From Babesia bigemina (taxonomy: Eukaryota), in the NCBI RefSeq assembly GCF_000981445.1, contig NC_027217.1, positions 2,356,001-2,420,000 of the forward strand: a stretch of 64,000 nucleotides of DNA, in the 5' to 3' direction. The number at the start of each line of letters is the position of its first letter. Position 1 is the stretch's first letter. The position numbers were made by a program, and so were the translations under genes. The notes under the pieces are model-generated. The model saw only the letters and a program-made list of their open reading frames with translations. It was not told the origin of the DNA and ran no database searches. Shown one piece after another: positions 47,269 through 60,377 of this stretch.

Positions 47269-48437
47269 GTAGAGAAAGTTAAATGGCGCTAGCCGTAACC
47301 ACCGTCATACTCTTAGGGCACATCTGCGCAGCGCTAGTGGGTCGGACAGCTCCCGCAAGCGAGGATCCGCCAATCCGTTGCGTGGCGCTCGGCGCGCCAG
47401 ATTCCATCCTCAACCGCCACCTCTGCGAGGTACCGTCCACAGCTTCCTCGTCGTACAATTTATCGCTAGAAAGTCGGTCTCGGTGTCTGCGATAGCGCCG
47501 CGGCGGTGCTGGGCGTTAGCAGCGCCATCGTCCGCGATGCGCCTAACCGGGAGCGCTGTCTCCAGACGCTCTTCGGCTTGTATGCCGCGCTAGCATGTAG
47601 GAACGACTCCACGTAGCTCATACACACACGCAGGCCCGACGCGTTCGTCCTCGGAGCAGTATATTCAGCGAGTTGGTGGGAACGGGCCGGTGGTCGCGTA
47701 CGTATGCAAAGGGGTTTGCAAGGCCCTTTGGGCGGGTGCGTTAAAGCGCTACAGCACATAAACGTCGTTTAGCATGCTCTCCACGTGCGGGTTTGCCGTT
47801 CGCGGACCTCTTAGCGGAGGAGGAGTCCAAAACGTAGGTCATCTAGATGAGGCTGCTGGTCAGCGTGTCTAAGTGTGACTCGTGCAGTGATGAGTTTTTC
47901 CAGACGGCCGCAAGCCATCCCAGTGCACGCTTATCGCGTGCATGCTGCCGTTTGTTCGTGATTGCGTAAATATTTTGTGGCATCAGGCGGTGTTGGCAGT
48001 TGGCCACCCACTGAATGGGTGTGGTGGCGGAATCACCGCGATTCAAATTTTCGACACAGTAAAATGATCGTAACCGCGTTCCATATCGGTGTTATGCGTA
48101 TATTCGTTGCTCCTTGTGTGGAAGTTTGCCCGTCTTCTAATCCGCATCAGAATATGCAAGAATGTTGCCCTGCCGCAAAGCGCCGTTCAAATCAGGGAGG
48201 CCAGGGACAGCCAGTGCATCGGCAGACTAATCACCCTCTCGGAAGCTGACGTTGCCGAGATCAACTGGCTGCTAGGAGGCAGGGTATGTTGAGTATAGGC
48301 GATTTACGCATCACCAATTGCCGTTCGCTGGCAGCTACGTTGCGGCCGTTAGTACAGAGTGTGCCTTTGCCACGAAGCCACACATACAAAGGCGCCGCGG
48401 CATAGGAATCGCATACGGCTTCCCTGACCGTATAAAT

Positions 48438-48801
48438 ATGGCGGCGGTACGACACCACCAGCATCTCGCTTGACCAGTTGTTCAATCTGCCTCAGGTAAA
48501 TTGGCACTTCATCAAGCTGAAAGGCTACGGTAAGCTGAGGAGCACCCGGATCTCGAACTGACTTTGCGCAGCTATCGCAATCATCCTCCTAATCGCCCTG
48601 CTTGCGGCGGGCATGGTGTACACCAAAAGAGGTGAGCCTTCCCCAGACCGTCAGACACGGCTGCGCAGGGTACGCCGACCGCAGGCGACGCGCCATCGAG
48701 CGGAAAATCGTTAGTGGCACATTTAGTCGTCCGTATAGCGCGATTTGCAGGCCGAGAAGGAGTCCGAATCCTTCCTGGAGCTCAACGTCAATATGTACTA
48801 G
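48438..48801 (+). CDS. Five-exon, 64-aa single-pass micro-protein
   Basis: Exons 48438-46, 48496-529, 48572-631, 48669-709 and 48751-801 give MAAVNWHFIKLKGYAIAIILLIALLAAGMVYTKRGYADRRRRAIERKIAEKESESFLELNVNMY*. Confidence 0.6.
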
Positions 48802-48966
48802 GGCGCGCGAGCTCGGTATGGGGACGTGACACTTCACTAATGTTTAATTATATACTTTACACGGTTGCGTACGCACACATACGTCGCCAAAATGATGGAT
48901 GGTAGGTCGCGCTCCGGCCGACACGGCTGCGGTGTGTCACAGCCTCTAACGCGCGTTGCAGATTTG

Positions 48967-50103
48967 ATGGCGGATACCAAGTGGGCGGATATCGAGGCCG
49001 ATGAGGACTATGACGTCGACGGCATCGACGCCCACAGGTTGATGGGCTTCGAGAGCGCCCCCGACGCCCAGGGCATCAAGACCGTCACCTCCTACACCAA
49101 GAATCGCCACGGACAGACCGTGAAGGTGAGTCCGCGGAGTTTGCATCTCGCCCGTCTGACGCGGGTTGCTGTACGATTATGCGTTGTATATGCTGGCGAA
49201 ATGGGCACGGGAGATTAGCGGTTGCTGTTTACAGCGGTCAACACAGCACTGCTGACGTGGTTGTGGAATTCACCACCTGTATAGCTGCTGCGTTACGTTC
49301 ATAGTGGTTGGCGCAACGGCTATCGCTCGTATGATGACACAACATGTGCATCTCTGTAGTTCATGCGCCGGCCGTGTTTCCGTCAGCAGTGTGTGTCGCG
49401 GCCCTCTTCTGTCTTGCCGGCGCCTAACTCGTTCGCAGATCACCAAGCGGGTGAAGGAGATCCGCGTGCCGCGCCGCACCAACAAGGCTGCGAAGCTCAG
49501 GGAGGACATGTCGTGCTTCAAGATGGACAAGAACAACGATATCGGTGTCACCATGGTCTCGCAGGACGAGATCATCATCGAGCAGCCCGTCAGCAGGCGC
49601 AGCCGCGTCAACCAGGAGGAGAACCTCGACCTCATATACTCCCCCAACGACATCAACATGACGCGTGCCACGAGGGAGCTGAAGATGAAGTTCAAGAGCC
49701 TCCGCGACGACAGCGACACCGGCGAGATGATGGACGACCGGGACACTTCCGCCAAGTACATCCCGCCGAGTCGCAAGGAGGGCGGCGGCGACCGCAGGAG
49801 CTTTGACGAGAACACCGTCAGGGTCACCAACCTCAGCGAGGACGTGCGCGAGAAGGACCTCGTGGAGCTGTTCAGCCGGGCTGGACGCATCCACAGGGCA
49901 TACCTCGCCAAGCACAAGGAGACGCAGTTCTCCAAGGGTTTCGCGTTCATCACCTACGCCACGCGCCAGGACGCGCTTAACGCCATCAACAAGCTCAACA
50001 GGCAGGGTTACGACAATCTGCTGCTGAATGTGGGTTGCGATCATTACGTCGACATGTTTTTCAGGTCGAGTGGGCCAAGCCCCCGAACAAGGACAGGCAG
50101 TAG
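48967..50103 (+). CDS. EIF3G: Translation initiation factor 3 subunit G, 3 exons
   Basis: KWAD, GIKTVTSY, KYIPPSRK and RRM TVRVTNLSED..SKGFAFITY..GYDNLLLNVEWAKP. Confidence 0.95.
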
Positions 50104-50176
50104 TGGACTGGTCGCGCGGAATCCTCGCGTTTCCTGGCCACAAGCATGGTGGTGCCGATCTCATGCGACAGCCGGG

Positions 50177-51474
50177 TCACTCCATCTGCTGCGCGATGTG
50201 GGCGGGAAGCACGTTGGTCACAACTGGAATAATGTTATTGCCACGTAATCGAACCAACCTTTGGGGAGCTTCTCCATGGGCAGCATGTGGAAGGCGCTGC
50301 GGCACAGCAGCCGCCCTAGCCGCGTCTGGCACAGCAGACCCACCGGCGGCGCGTACAGGAGCGCCTTTTTGACCCACGGCTCGTTGTTGCAGCTGGCCCT
50401 GGTGAGGTAGCACAGCAAGGCGAACTTCGCGTTCGTCACCCAGTCGATCGGCAGTTGCTGGTGGAACCACTGCCGCAGCCGGCCTCCGACGCCGCCGGGC
50501 GGCGTGGGATAGTCGTGGAAAAACAGCAGGTGCATTCTGCGGTTGGGCGACACGAAGGTGCCGGCCTCTCCTGATCCGGTCGCAGTCGGCCGTTTTGTGT
50601 TTGTTGCCGGGCAGACCGCAGCGGCACGTGCAACGGTGTCGTTGCCGATAGGTGTCACGAATGAACCTTTGAGGCCATCGGCAGCTCTGCTGCTGGCTCG
50701 CTCAGCACCCTCTGGTGACAAGGCGCATCCGTTCCTTTCAACGACTCGACCGACCGTAGCCTCGTCCACAGCACCAACTCTACCAGTCGACGGGTATGTT
50801 TCGGTGCGAGCATCGGTATCCGGCGCCTGATCTTCGCGTGGCAACTCCGGGTCCAGCAGGAGTTTGGGGTCCTTGCGTGCTGCCTTCACACGACTCAGGA
50901 GCGAACTGTAACGCTTAAGCGCCGCGGCGTACTCCGCGATGCTGCCCGCGTCAGATCGCAAATTGTGGCTGTACGGAACTGGGATCTCCAGCAATACGTG
51001 CAGTTCAGGCTGCTTGGTGTCGTGCCGCAGCCTGAGCAGCGCGGGGAAGTCCGATATCTGGTCGTTGTCGGCGAACTTGGTGCGAGTTCCCAGGTTCCAC
51101 ACGCTCTCACTCACAAATAGACGCTGCAGGCATACCGGTATGCCGGTCAGCGCCGATACCGCGCGCTTTATTGAGTGACCCGTGTCGGTAACAGCGCAGT
51201 CCAGGCGCAGCTGCGTGTTGAAGCACGACTCCTTACCCCAAAACGTGTGAACCACCACGGATACCGGCTTCACGAGAGGCGTTTCGGCCTTTATCATCGC
51301 CATAGGGCGCGCTGCAGACGCCTGGCGGGGCGAAATGCGATAAGAAGGCGACGCTGTCGAGATTCCATGGCGCCGATTAGACACCGCGGAGACGGGAGCC
51401 TGCCACGCGAAGATTACAAGAAAGAGCGCGATCAGGAGGCACCGGGCACTTGCCCGTACGGAGGGCCTATACAT
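50177..51474 (-). CDS. Ubiquitin-like-domain protein with a bipartite leader (PUBL-like, apicoplast)
   Basis: Signal peptide CLLIALFLVIFAWQAPVSA, R/S-rich transit, UBL D.GHSIKRAVSALTGIPVCLQRLF and a hydrophobic C-terminal region. A last intron gives ..HIAQQME*. Confidence 0.6.
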
Positions 51475-51598
51475 CACGATCCATCGCACGGAAGACGGCA
51501 AATGCCGCGCTCATGGGGAAGCGGGGAACAGGCGGAGGAGGCGTACGCGACCCTCTACACATTCCCGGGAAGTACTCAACAATACACATCTAATCAAA

Positions 51599-54500
51599 AT
51601 GGTGACTCCGGCTCAGCAGATTGCGCAGCTGGCGCAGGGTCTCGCGCTTAAGCCGCCGCGCAAGAACGCGGCAGTCCACAAGGCCGAGTGTATATACAGG
51701 TATGAGCGTTTCCAGAGCGGCACTCGTTTGTCTTGTGTGACGTGTCGTTATTAATTGGTATTCATGTGGTGTTTGTGACGCTGCCTTCGTTCGAGATGCG
51801 CTGATGCCGTGCAGCACGGATACCGAGAAGTCGCCAGACGGACTCTACATCAACCTGAAGAGTTTCGAGTCGTTCGGCAAAGAGCTTCTGCGGTTCGACA
51901 GGAATGCCAAGGGTGCATTGTACCTACACGTTGTGCGAAGGTTGGTGCCCCGGAAGCCTGAAGCGATCACGGAGAACGACTCCTCCGCAAACGAAGAGGC
52001 GGTGAACCATGAGGCTAGCGGAGACGGCGTAGCAGATGACGCGGGAATGTCGCAGGAGAAGGAGGCAGTGTACGTTGCAGGTGGTAGCGAGCTCATGAGG
52101 TTCAGTTTCAAGCAACGGAAAACGTGCGACGAGGTCGTGGATTACCGCGTGTACGCACCGTCCATACAAGTCTCAATACCACTGGACGAAGCGCCTGACA
52201 ATGTTGCCGCCGTCTGCAACGCGATTATAGACCATTCGGGGTTCAACTTCAGCGCCGACGACTTCGTGTGGAAGGACTACGTCACCGAGTCAAAGTATGC
52301 GAAACATCTCATACAAGTTGAAGCGCCTCCCAAGATCAACTACGAGAACCCACAGTGCGAGCGATGTGGTGCCAGGACCAACTTGTGGCTCAACCTTTCG
52401 GACGGGTACGCCACCGCAACTCACGTCGGTTCACATGTCTTGCAGGTACATCGGTTGTGGGCGGAAGAATTATGACGCCGGCGGCTGCAGCGACGGTGAC
52501 GAGGGCGCGGCCATCCAGCACTACCAGGCTACCGGGGGTGTTTTCCCGTTGGCCGTGAAGATTGGCACCATCACCGCCAGCTCAGGCGATGTCTACAGCT
52601 ATGCCCCCGACGAGGACACGCAGGTCGTGGACCCGTACTTGGCTGACCACCTGGCTCATTTCGGCATCGACGTCAAGTGAGTTTTGGCTTGATGCGCGAC
52701 TAATTGGTGCAGGCAACTGAAGGAAACGGAAAAGTCGACACTGCAGCTGGAAATCGAGAAAAACGAGAAACACGACTGGTCAGAGATGAACTCCGAATCG
52801 CATGTGGTACATGGCGCTGGGTACGGTATCGCGCTATTCACGTTCACATTGGAGCAGGCTTGTTGGTCTTGACAACCTCGGCAACAGCTGCTACCTCAAC
52901 TCCGCTATGCAGATGCTTGCCTCTGTTCCAGACCTGGCGTCGTATTTCTGCGAGCATTACGACAGCATCGCAACGAGGGTGCCTGACACTGTCAAGCCGT
53001 GCGACGACGTGCTGATTCAATTCGCCAAAACTGTCAAGGCCATGACCACCAGCCGTGTGGTGGACCAGCAGCTGGAGCTCATCAGGCGGTACCGCACGGC
53101 GTGCGAGGACGAACACGTTGATTTCGTCGAGCCGGAACGTGAGGTCACGCTGCGAATGTTACACATGTTGCTGCAGAGTATAAGAACTTTGCCGTCAAGC
53201 CGTCCATGCTCAAGTACGCCATTGGCATCAAAAACAAGAGCTTCGCCACCAACGACCAGCAGGACGCCGAGGAGTTCTTCAGCTACTTCCTGAACGTGCT
53301 GGCTGACATGGAGCCTGAAATCAACAGGCGCGCCAAAACGCCGTGCAAAATCAAAAAGATGTTCTTCTTCCAGTACCGGCAGTACATAGTCTGCGAGGCA
53401 CTCAACAAGATCACCTACAACGATAACGAGATGCACATGCTCTGCTTGCCACTCATCACCGGCGGAATGAGTCAGGAGGACATCGACCCCAATCAACCGA
53501 TCAACATTATGGTACGTTGCCCTCGTTCCATGGCGTTGGTTGTACCTTATAGTTGCGCTGTAACTGTGTTTTTGTTCAGTGAATTTCACTCGGTTCCATA
53601 AAATGTATTGTTGCCGTGATATATTAACTCTATGTTGTGTTAATGAATTTGTGTCAATGGTGATGCTACGATCAATGCAAATTTGACGTTGTCATGTACG
53701 TTAACACTTGAGTGAGACTTGTAATGCCAGCAATATTATTGGGAACCATTTTTGCTTTTAACCCTGTAATGAATGTGTCGCAGGACTGTTTCAATTACTG
53801 GGAACAAGAGCAGGAAATCGACTACCTCGACAAGGGGCAGCACCACACGGGGATCATCACCAACGCCCTCTTAACACTACCCAAGTACCTCGTAGTCAAG
53901 CTGAATCGCTTCTATTTCAAAGCGGACGGAACGAGCGAGAAGATAACGAACAACGTGGTCATTCCGTCCGAGGGCATCACGCTGGAGACGCAGGGCGAAA
54001 GGCCGCGTGGCGGCTACACCGTCGAGTGCAACACTCGCGAGGTGAAGAAGGCGAAGAAGCAGATGAACCCAGAACTGCTGCAGACGCTCATGGCCATGGG
54101 ATTCACAGAGAAGCTATGCAGATTAGCTGGGGAGCACGCTGACTCCCACAACGTTGACGCATGCGTCAACTGGATACTGGCCAACATGGACACCGTGTCT
54201 CAGGACACTGCGACCGGAGAAAACGACGCTTCGGAATTGGCGGTCAACGCGTCAGTACTGATGGATCTGGGTTATTCGCTCGAGCAGGCGAACAGAGCTG
54301 CGGAAAGGTTCGGGTCCGACGTTGCCGCCGCAGTAGACTGGCTTGCCACTGCCGAGTTGACGGTACAAGCAACGGTCAAGGACAAAGGCAAGTACCAGCT
54401 GCTCAGCGTCATTTCCCACGTCGGCTCCAAAATCAACACTGGCCACTACGTTTGCCACGTCAACAAGAACGGACAGTGGTACACCTTCAACGATTCCAAG

Positions 54501-54599
54501 GTGCTCAAGTACGACATGCCATCTACCGGCAACGGTTACCTTTACCTGTTCAAGCGCTCGGATGATAATAAGGCAGCATCTTCCGTTAGCAGAGCGTGA
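51599..54599 (+). CDS. USP5: Ubiquitin carboxyl-terminal hydrolase USP5/Ubp14, multi-exon
   Basis: ZnF-UBP NLWLNLSDGYIGCGR..DVYSYAPDED, Cys box GLDNLGNSCYLNS, QQDAEEF, two UBAs and His box HVGSKINTGHYVCH..FNDSKV. Confidence 0.95.
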
Positions 54600-54955
54600 A
54601 TAACGCCTACAAGTGTGTTTCAGCGGTAAATGACCACCCTAGGCATTTGATAAATCGCATTGCCGTCTGGAGCTCGGAATGGAAGCTAGGATACCGCCTG
54701 TATTATGGCCTGTTATGTGGCGCAGCAATTGTCTCTTCATATTAATTCGGACCGCTGTGTAGCGGAAGGTTTTGGAGACGTACCTACGACCCTAGTGGAC
54801 AGTGCAGCCAATGGCCATCTCCGTTTTTTTACAAAAGTTAGCTAATGAACAGACAAACGTCGTGTGCGAAATTTAAAAATCATTAGGATGTATGTTTTAC
54901 TGTACTACGTAATTGGGCGTCCCCGGCACCAACATCAGTCTGGCGGTTTGGGGCG

Positions 54956-55777
54956 TCAATTTGATGCGGCAGCAACTGCAGTTGCCTCTGGCGTTGCTAC
55001 ATTGTCTGTACTGCTGGTTGGTGCGCTGGAAGCGGCATCACTGGCGTCACCTTTTTTGGTGGTCTCGTTCAGCGCAATAGCGAGCTTCGCTGCCACTGAT
55101 TTCAGCCCCCGCGCAACGCCTGCCGATCCGCCGTTCAGCGTGCACATCAGCCGCGCTATGACATCCTCACGTGATGCGTAGTCGGCTATCCTGAACAGTT
55201 CAAGGGGCTCGACAACCTTGCCCGCGAATGACGCGCTGTCTAGGGTGACATGGCGACGTATCTTCTTGTCCGCCATCCGCAAGCGCTCAATGGCCGTCAG
55301 AATCTGCGGCAACCGCCCGTCATCGAACACGAAGCAGCACATTGACGGGCCGTGCATACGCGGCGCGAAAACCTCCCACTGGGTGCCCAGCATCGCCTTC
55401 TCTATCAGCGTGTTCTTCACCATCCGCAGCTTCGCGCAGGGCTCAGATCCATCCTTCCCTGTGTAGATGAACGACCGCAGTTTGCGATTCAGCACTACGC
55501 GCTCTTTTGGCGTGAACCTCTTGTACGTGAAGCGCAGCAGCACGCTGCTTCGGCTGAGCAGCTCCTTCAGCTGTCCAATCACCTCAGTCTTCCCCGCTCG
55601 GGTGGTGATATACCGCTTCGTGGTCTTGGGAAATTTCGGCTCCATCAACCACTTGCTGTAGAGGGCGAAGCGCCTCGGCGGCGGCTGATGCAGGGCAAAT
55701 CCATCTGCGTCCTTCGCCGCCAACGCCAGTGCAATGAAGACGCCGAACAAGATCAGCGTGATGCGATGGTTATACAT
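54956..55777 (-). CDS. rpl10: Bacterial-type ribosomal protein L10, apicoplast-targeted
   Basis: Signal peptide plus basic transit, KTEVIGQLKELL and LRMVKNTLIEKA. Confidence 0.85.
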   Translation of the reverse strand: MYNHRITLILFGVFIALALAAKDADGFALHQPPPRRFALYSKWLMEPKFPKTTKRYITTRAGKTEVIGQLKELLSRSSVLLRFTYKRFTPKERVVLNRKLRSFIYTGKDGSEPCAKLRMVKNTLIEKAMLGTQWEVFAPRMHGPSMCCFVFDDGRLPQILTAIERLRMADKKIRRHVTLDSASFAGKVVEPLELFRIADYASREDVIARLMCTLNGGSAGVARGLKSVAAKLAIALNETTKKGDASDAASSAPTSSTDNVATPEATAVAAASN

Positions 55778-56312
55778 CACATAGTCAGGCTCAGTTGCTA
55801 CGTTTTAGAGGTTCATGTTCATTGCAAATGCTGTGGCACGGCCGAATCTTCGCATGGTCGTATTGGCTGCGATTGCGCAGTCCAGACAGCGGTTTCAGAA
55901 GCCCATTGGCACTAGTTGGCGGCGCTTCTTACATGAAAAATATGCAGCGCACTAAATCAAAGCAAACGTGTTGTTAGACATGTGATTCCTGTAGGATTCC
56001 ACCATGGGCGACGTCGCAGTGTGTGGATGTGTAGCGCGGTCCTCACAACCGACTCAACGAACCGCCTAAAATGGATAGGAAGGCAGGGTAAATTTGTGCC
56101 TCAGTTATCGTCATTCGATATGCGAATTACATAACCTCTGTATACGATATCATTTCAACACAAATAGCTGGGCATTGAAGCACTCATGACACAAATCTGA
56201 AACTTCCACAGTTCTCAATAGCTGCCTCCATTGTAAACCGTTAAGTAAGGAAGGCGATGTTGAATTAGATACAGATTATATTGGCAATATTACTGCATTA
56301 GAAGTCACCATG

Positions 56313-58245
56313 CTAAAGGTCCCTTGACCTGTGCGACGGGATGGCATGCTGGTCGAGGATCTGCTGATGCAGGCTCAACGCCCTTTCGCGGTCTAGCACC
56401 AGCACCACCTCGTTTTCGAAGTGGAACCTCACGAACTGCTCCGTTTCCGGCACCGAGGACACGAGCTCTTCGAGGTGGCGGAGGTTACGCACAGCCTCGC
56501 CATTAAACCGCTCCAGGCGGATATTCCTGAAGTCGTACCCAACGGTGAGGTCAGACGCTAAAATCTGACTTAGCACCACGACTTCCTCACCGCGCTCCTT
56601 GGCGAAGAGGTCACTCAGCGGCCGCAATAGCGAACTAGGGGCGCGCTCGTAGAACTTCTTGCCGAACTCGTCCTTCAGGTACTCCATCGTCAGGGGGACA
56701 AAGACCAGGCCACCGAATATGTAGTACCGCGGCATTATCTCCCACTGGTGCTCCGCTACCAGGTAGTTGGGGTTCTGGAGGCGCACGGTCAGAGTCAGCA
56801 CTTGTCCGTCGCGTAGCACCACCAGTTCGCACGGGTCGCCGCTAAACTTAGTAGTAAGCGCGTACGCCAGGTGCACCCGCTCGACATCGCTGCGAACTTA
56901 TAAAGCTTAATGCGCTATGCCGCAACCTACCGGAAACTAACGGTGCCGTCGTCGGCCACATCGTAGCCGTTGATGGCCATGATGACGTCACGAGTGCGCA
57001 GGCCGTCGCCGTCGTTCACCACCTTGTCGCACTGGCAGACCAGTATCCCCGAGGGAGTAACGTCTGCATAATGGTGCTATAACAGTTGAATTGCGTAACT
57101 CACTCTCGGGAAGGTCACTTTGGCGTACGGAGTCCAGACCCACGAACGCCCTGAGCGCTGGGTTCTCCAGCAGCTGGTAGGTGATGCCGATGGTGACGAA
57201 CCCCGTGTAACGGCGATGCAAGTCTATGTGCCGCAGAAACTGCAATATGATGCACGTCGGGATTATGTACCCGATGTTCTGTGCCTCGTCGTAGGCTTGG
57301 AAAGCGACGCCGATGACCTTGCCGTCCTTCAGTGCCGGACCCCCGGAGTTCCCGGCGTTAATCGCCGCATCGATCTGCGCGCAGAGCAGGCGGAAGTTCG
57401 AGTGTGCGTAGGTGGTCACGTCCACCCTCGACACAACGCCGGATGTGATGCAGAGGTTGTCACCGCCGGTTGGGTACCCAACCACGGTCACCGCGTCGTG
57501 CAGGCTCGGCACCTCGCCTAGCTCCAACGGCTTCACGCCAGACCAAAACGAATCGTCGTCAACCGTCAGAATCGCTAAGTCACATTCGTGCCCAATCGCC
57601 ACGACGCGCCCCGGGTACTTAACCGTCGATCCATGCTTTCGCAGCAGACAGCGGTTCTGCCACGAGACGCAATGCGCATTAGTCAGCACCAAACGGCCAG
57701 AGATGATGAAACCTGATCCGATGCTCTTCAGCTGCCTTCGCATTTGCCACGGCTGCGCGTAGTTGGGGTCCGTTGAATCGCAGTATATTTTGACGATGCT
57801 GCCGAACGACTCCTTCAGCAGACGGTGGGACTGGAAATCATCGTGCACAACGGCTTCCACTGGGGATGCCGTGTGGGCACCGGTATCGGGACTCGAATCT
57901 AGCGGCCATATGGTTCGGATGGGCAACTCTCAACGCACCTTTGGCGCCCCCGATGAACGGAAGCTGATCGACGTTCCACGCCTCTTGCAGCGCCACCGAC
58001 GACGAGAACCCTCGTCTTTGCACTGAAAGCGTAGCTCTCGAGTTCTCCGATGGAAACGACTTGCGATATACGGCCGTCGATGAACGGGCATGGCGACGAG
58101 CTGCTCGCGGGAGACTCGCTCCAGCGTTCGGCAGCCTTCCAAAGAAGGCCGTACTGCCGAAGTGGTTTTTCGAGCAGTATCGGCCGAGCGTCAGCCACGC
58201 CCTAGGTATTGCTGCAATATCCATCGCTGCTGGGAGATTGGACAT
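56313..58245 (-). CDS. Deg/HtrA serine protease (DegP, plant Deg9/10-like) with PDZ domains, multi-exon
   Basis: Catalytic triad TNAHCV, ECDLA, AAINAGNSGGP and PRYYIFGGLVF. The N-terminal R-rich leader ends RRGFSS. Confidence 0.92.
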
Positions 58246-58603
58246 GAGCGTCACACAGCGGGACGGAGGCACGCGTAGTGGAAGGCGGGTTGAAATCCGC
58301 AATACGTGGGAATTTTAGGTCGAACATTCGTGCAAAAGGCATGTTATATGGTTTAGTGGCAACTACTGTCCAATGTGTTAGCGTACACAAGAAGAAGATT
58401 ACATCGCAACACCCGTATACACCTTGGTGCCATAAGAGGCATAGGCAGAAACCGCGTTACTCACGACACATAGAGGCTCTCAGAATCATACATAGTTGTT
58501 TCAATACTGTACTGTCGGACATTATGGCACTGGTTCTAAGCGGAACTTGCAGGCGCCTTCATTGGGAGTCGAGGTGCTCCACTAATTTACGCAGCTTGGG
58601 AGC

Positions 58604-59323
58604 TTACTCCAGGCGGCAGCCGGCCTCAAGGAGCACCTTGCGGAGCTCACCGGACTGCTGAGCGGCAACCTGAACGTGATGCCGCAGCAAAATATTCGCA
58701 CAAACCGTTTTGCTGCAGTCACCGAAGAACTTCCCGTTGATGAACACGCGGGGCACCGTGGCTGCGCCTGCAAACGTTATAAGAAAAATCTTATGTGATC
58801 AGCGATGTAAGCACTGTCCCCATATAGAGAGCGAAAATCAAAGGCAGTACCAAAAAACAGCCAACAGACAATACCACTATCCCCGGAAGGTGACAGTTGT
58901 GGCAAAAGCCAAAAATACAATATACATGTACACGCTTTCCGTGCCAGCACAATCAATCAACACCGAATGTAGCATAACGCAAGCTTAACACAATACACTA
59001 TCATCGGACGCCGTCACAGACGACGGAATCAGACGCATGAGCACTCACCGGTGGTAGTGCGGAAGTACTCCATGATTGCGGGGCGGTCAGGGTGGTCGTC
59101 GAGCTGGACCACAGTCTGCGTCAAATTTGATGTTGTGTTGAGCCAAACAAACCACGTCGGAAGGAACCTCGCTCATCAAAATGCCGTTGGCCTTCACACA
59201 GTATGGGCAGGTGCTGCAGCGACATTATAGGCAGGGAGGCGGCACGTACGTCCTGGAGAACACGACGACCTTGTTCTGGTGAGCCTGCTGCTCAACCCAG
59301 GCGGCAATCTGGTGGTCATCCAT
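58604..59323 (-). CDS. GRX1: Dithiol glutaredoxin (CPYC), 5 exons, absent from the ORF track
   Basis: Spliced: KVVVFSRTTCPYCVKA..QLDDHPDRPAIMEYF..GAATVPRVFINGKFFGDCS..SGELRKVL. Confidence 0.9.
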
Positions 59324-60377
59324 GTTTTGTAAGAAGGCGGTAGATTTGGCAACTGAAGGTGATGACAGCCGAGCGCACCGGACGTACTCAAAATATTTAG
59401 AGGAGTCGCAAGCTTGCGCAGATTCATAACTCAGATCAGCAGGCGACCAGTTGATACCGATTATAGACGCGGGTGGAGCGGCGGGCCGGACTGCAGTGCA
59501 CGCGCGGCCAACTGCGGCGCCGTTGCACTACCTCCGTTTACGAAACAACAATAGCACATTGTAGCAACAAGTTGTGAGGAAATGTGTAGAGAACCGTGCT
59601 AAAGTTGACGCAGTAGTAAACGTGTATTGGCAAGGCATAGCAAGAAACTTGCCATCTGCTACAGTGGAGGCAACGTTGCGACGCTATTCCGTGCTGCCCG
59701 CAAAGAACGCTTTCATTTGGTTACACGGTCCTACGATGCATTAAATGTGTTGCCTCTGTGGCCGTCTTGATGACTAGGGTCATAAACAGCGCAGCGACAC
59801 ACACAAGCAAACAAAATATTAGCCATCTGAAACTAGCTTGATACCAGCTACCTACAAAGGTGCTACGTACTGTGGCCGCCAAGGCTGGGAATCAAAAGCG
59901 GCTTCAGCGTGTCTAACGCGTGGCACACGATATGTCGAATCTTTCGACTCCTTACACATTAGCGGTAATTGCGCACTTTGTATGGCAATCGGGTACTTAA
60001 TCACATGTGTGATTAATCCGGAACAGAAAGACAAACTATGTGTGATGATCAGCAGTTGCGAGGAGCGCGTGAGGCTCTGTGATAGATTCCTTTGCCCACT
60101 GTTCTCCGCCAGAACAGAAGGCAATACGTAATAAAGCGCATTCTTCCGTCAGGATTTTATGCCTTATATAGAGGCTTAAAATCCGAGAGAATCACGGGAG
60201 AAGCGCATCTCGAAGCAGTTTAGTATCGCAAGGGGGATGCGTCAAAGAATGCTGGATGCCGATTTCTACATTCGTCGGATGTTCCTGGGCTCCGGGTAAG
60301 ATCGCGGGCGGCGGATAGGTAGTACCTACCGCTAAATGTGCCGATGAAGCAGCCGGTGACAAAGTTTGCAGCGGAAG

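Noticed and set aside
49325..49438. ATGATGA box C-like motif in the eIF3g intron
   Set aside because: No downstream CTGA or terminal stem within the intron.
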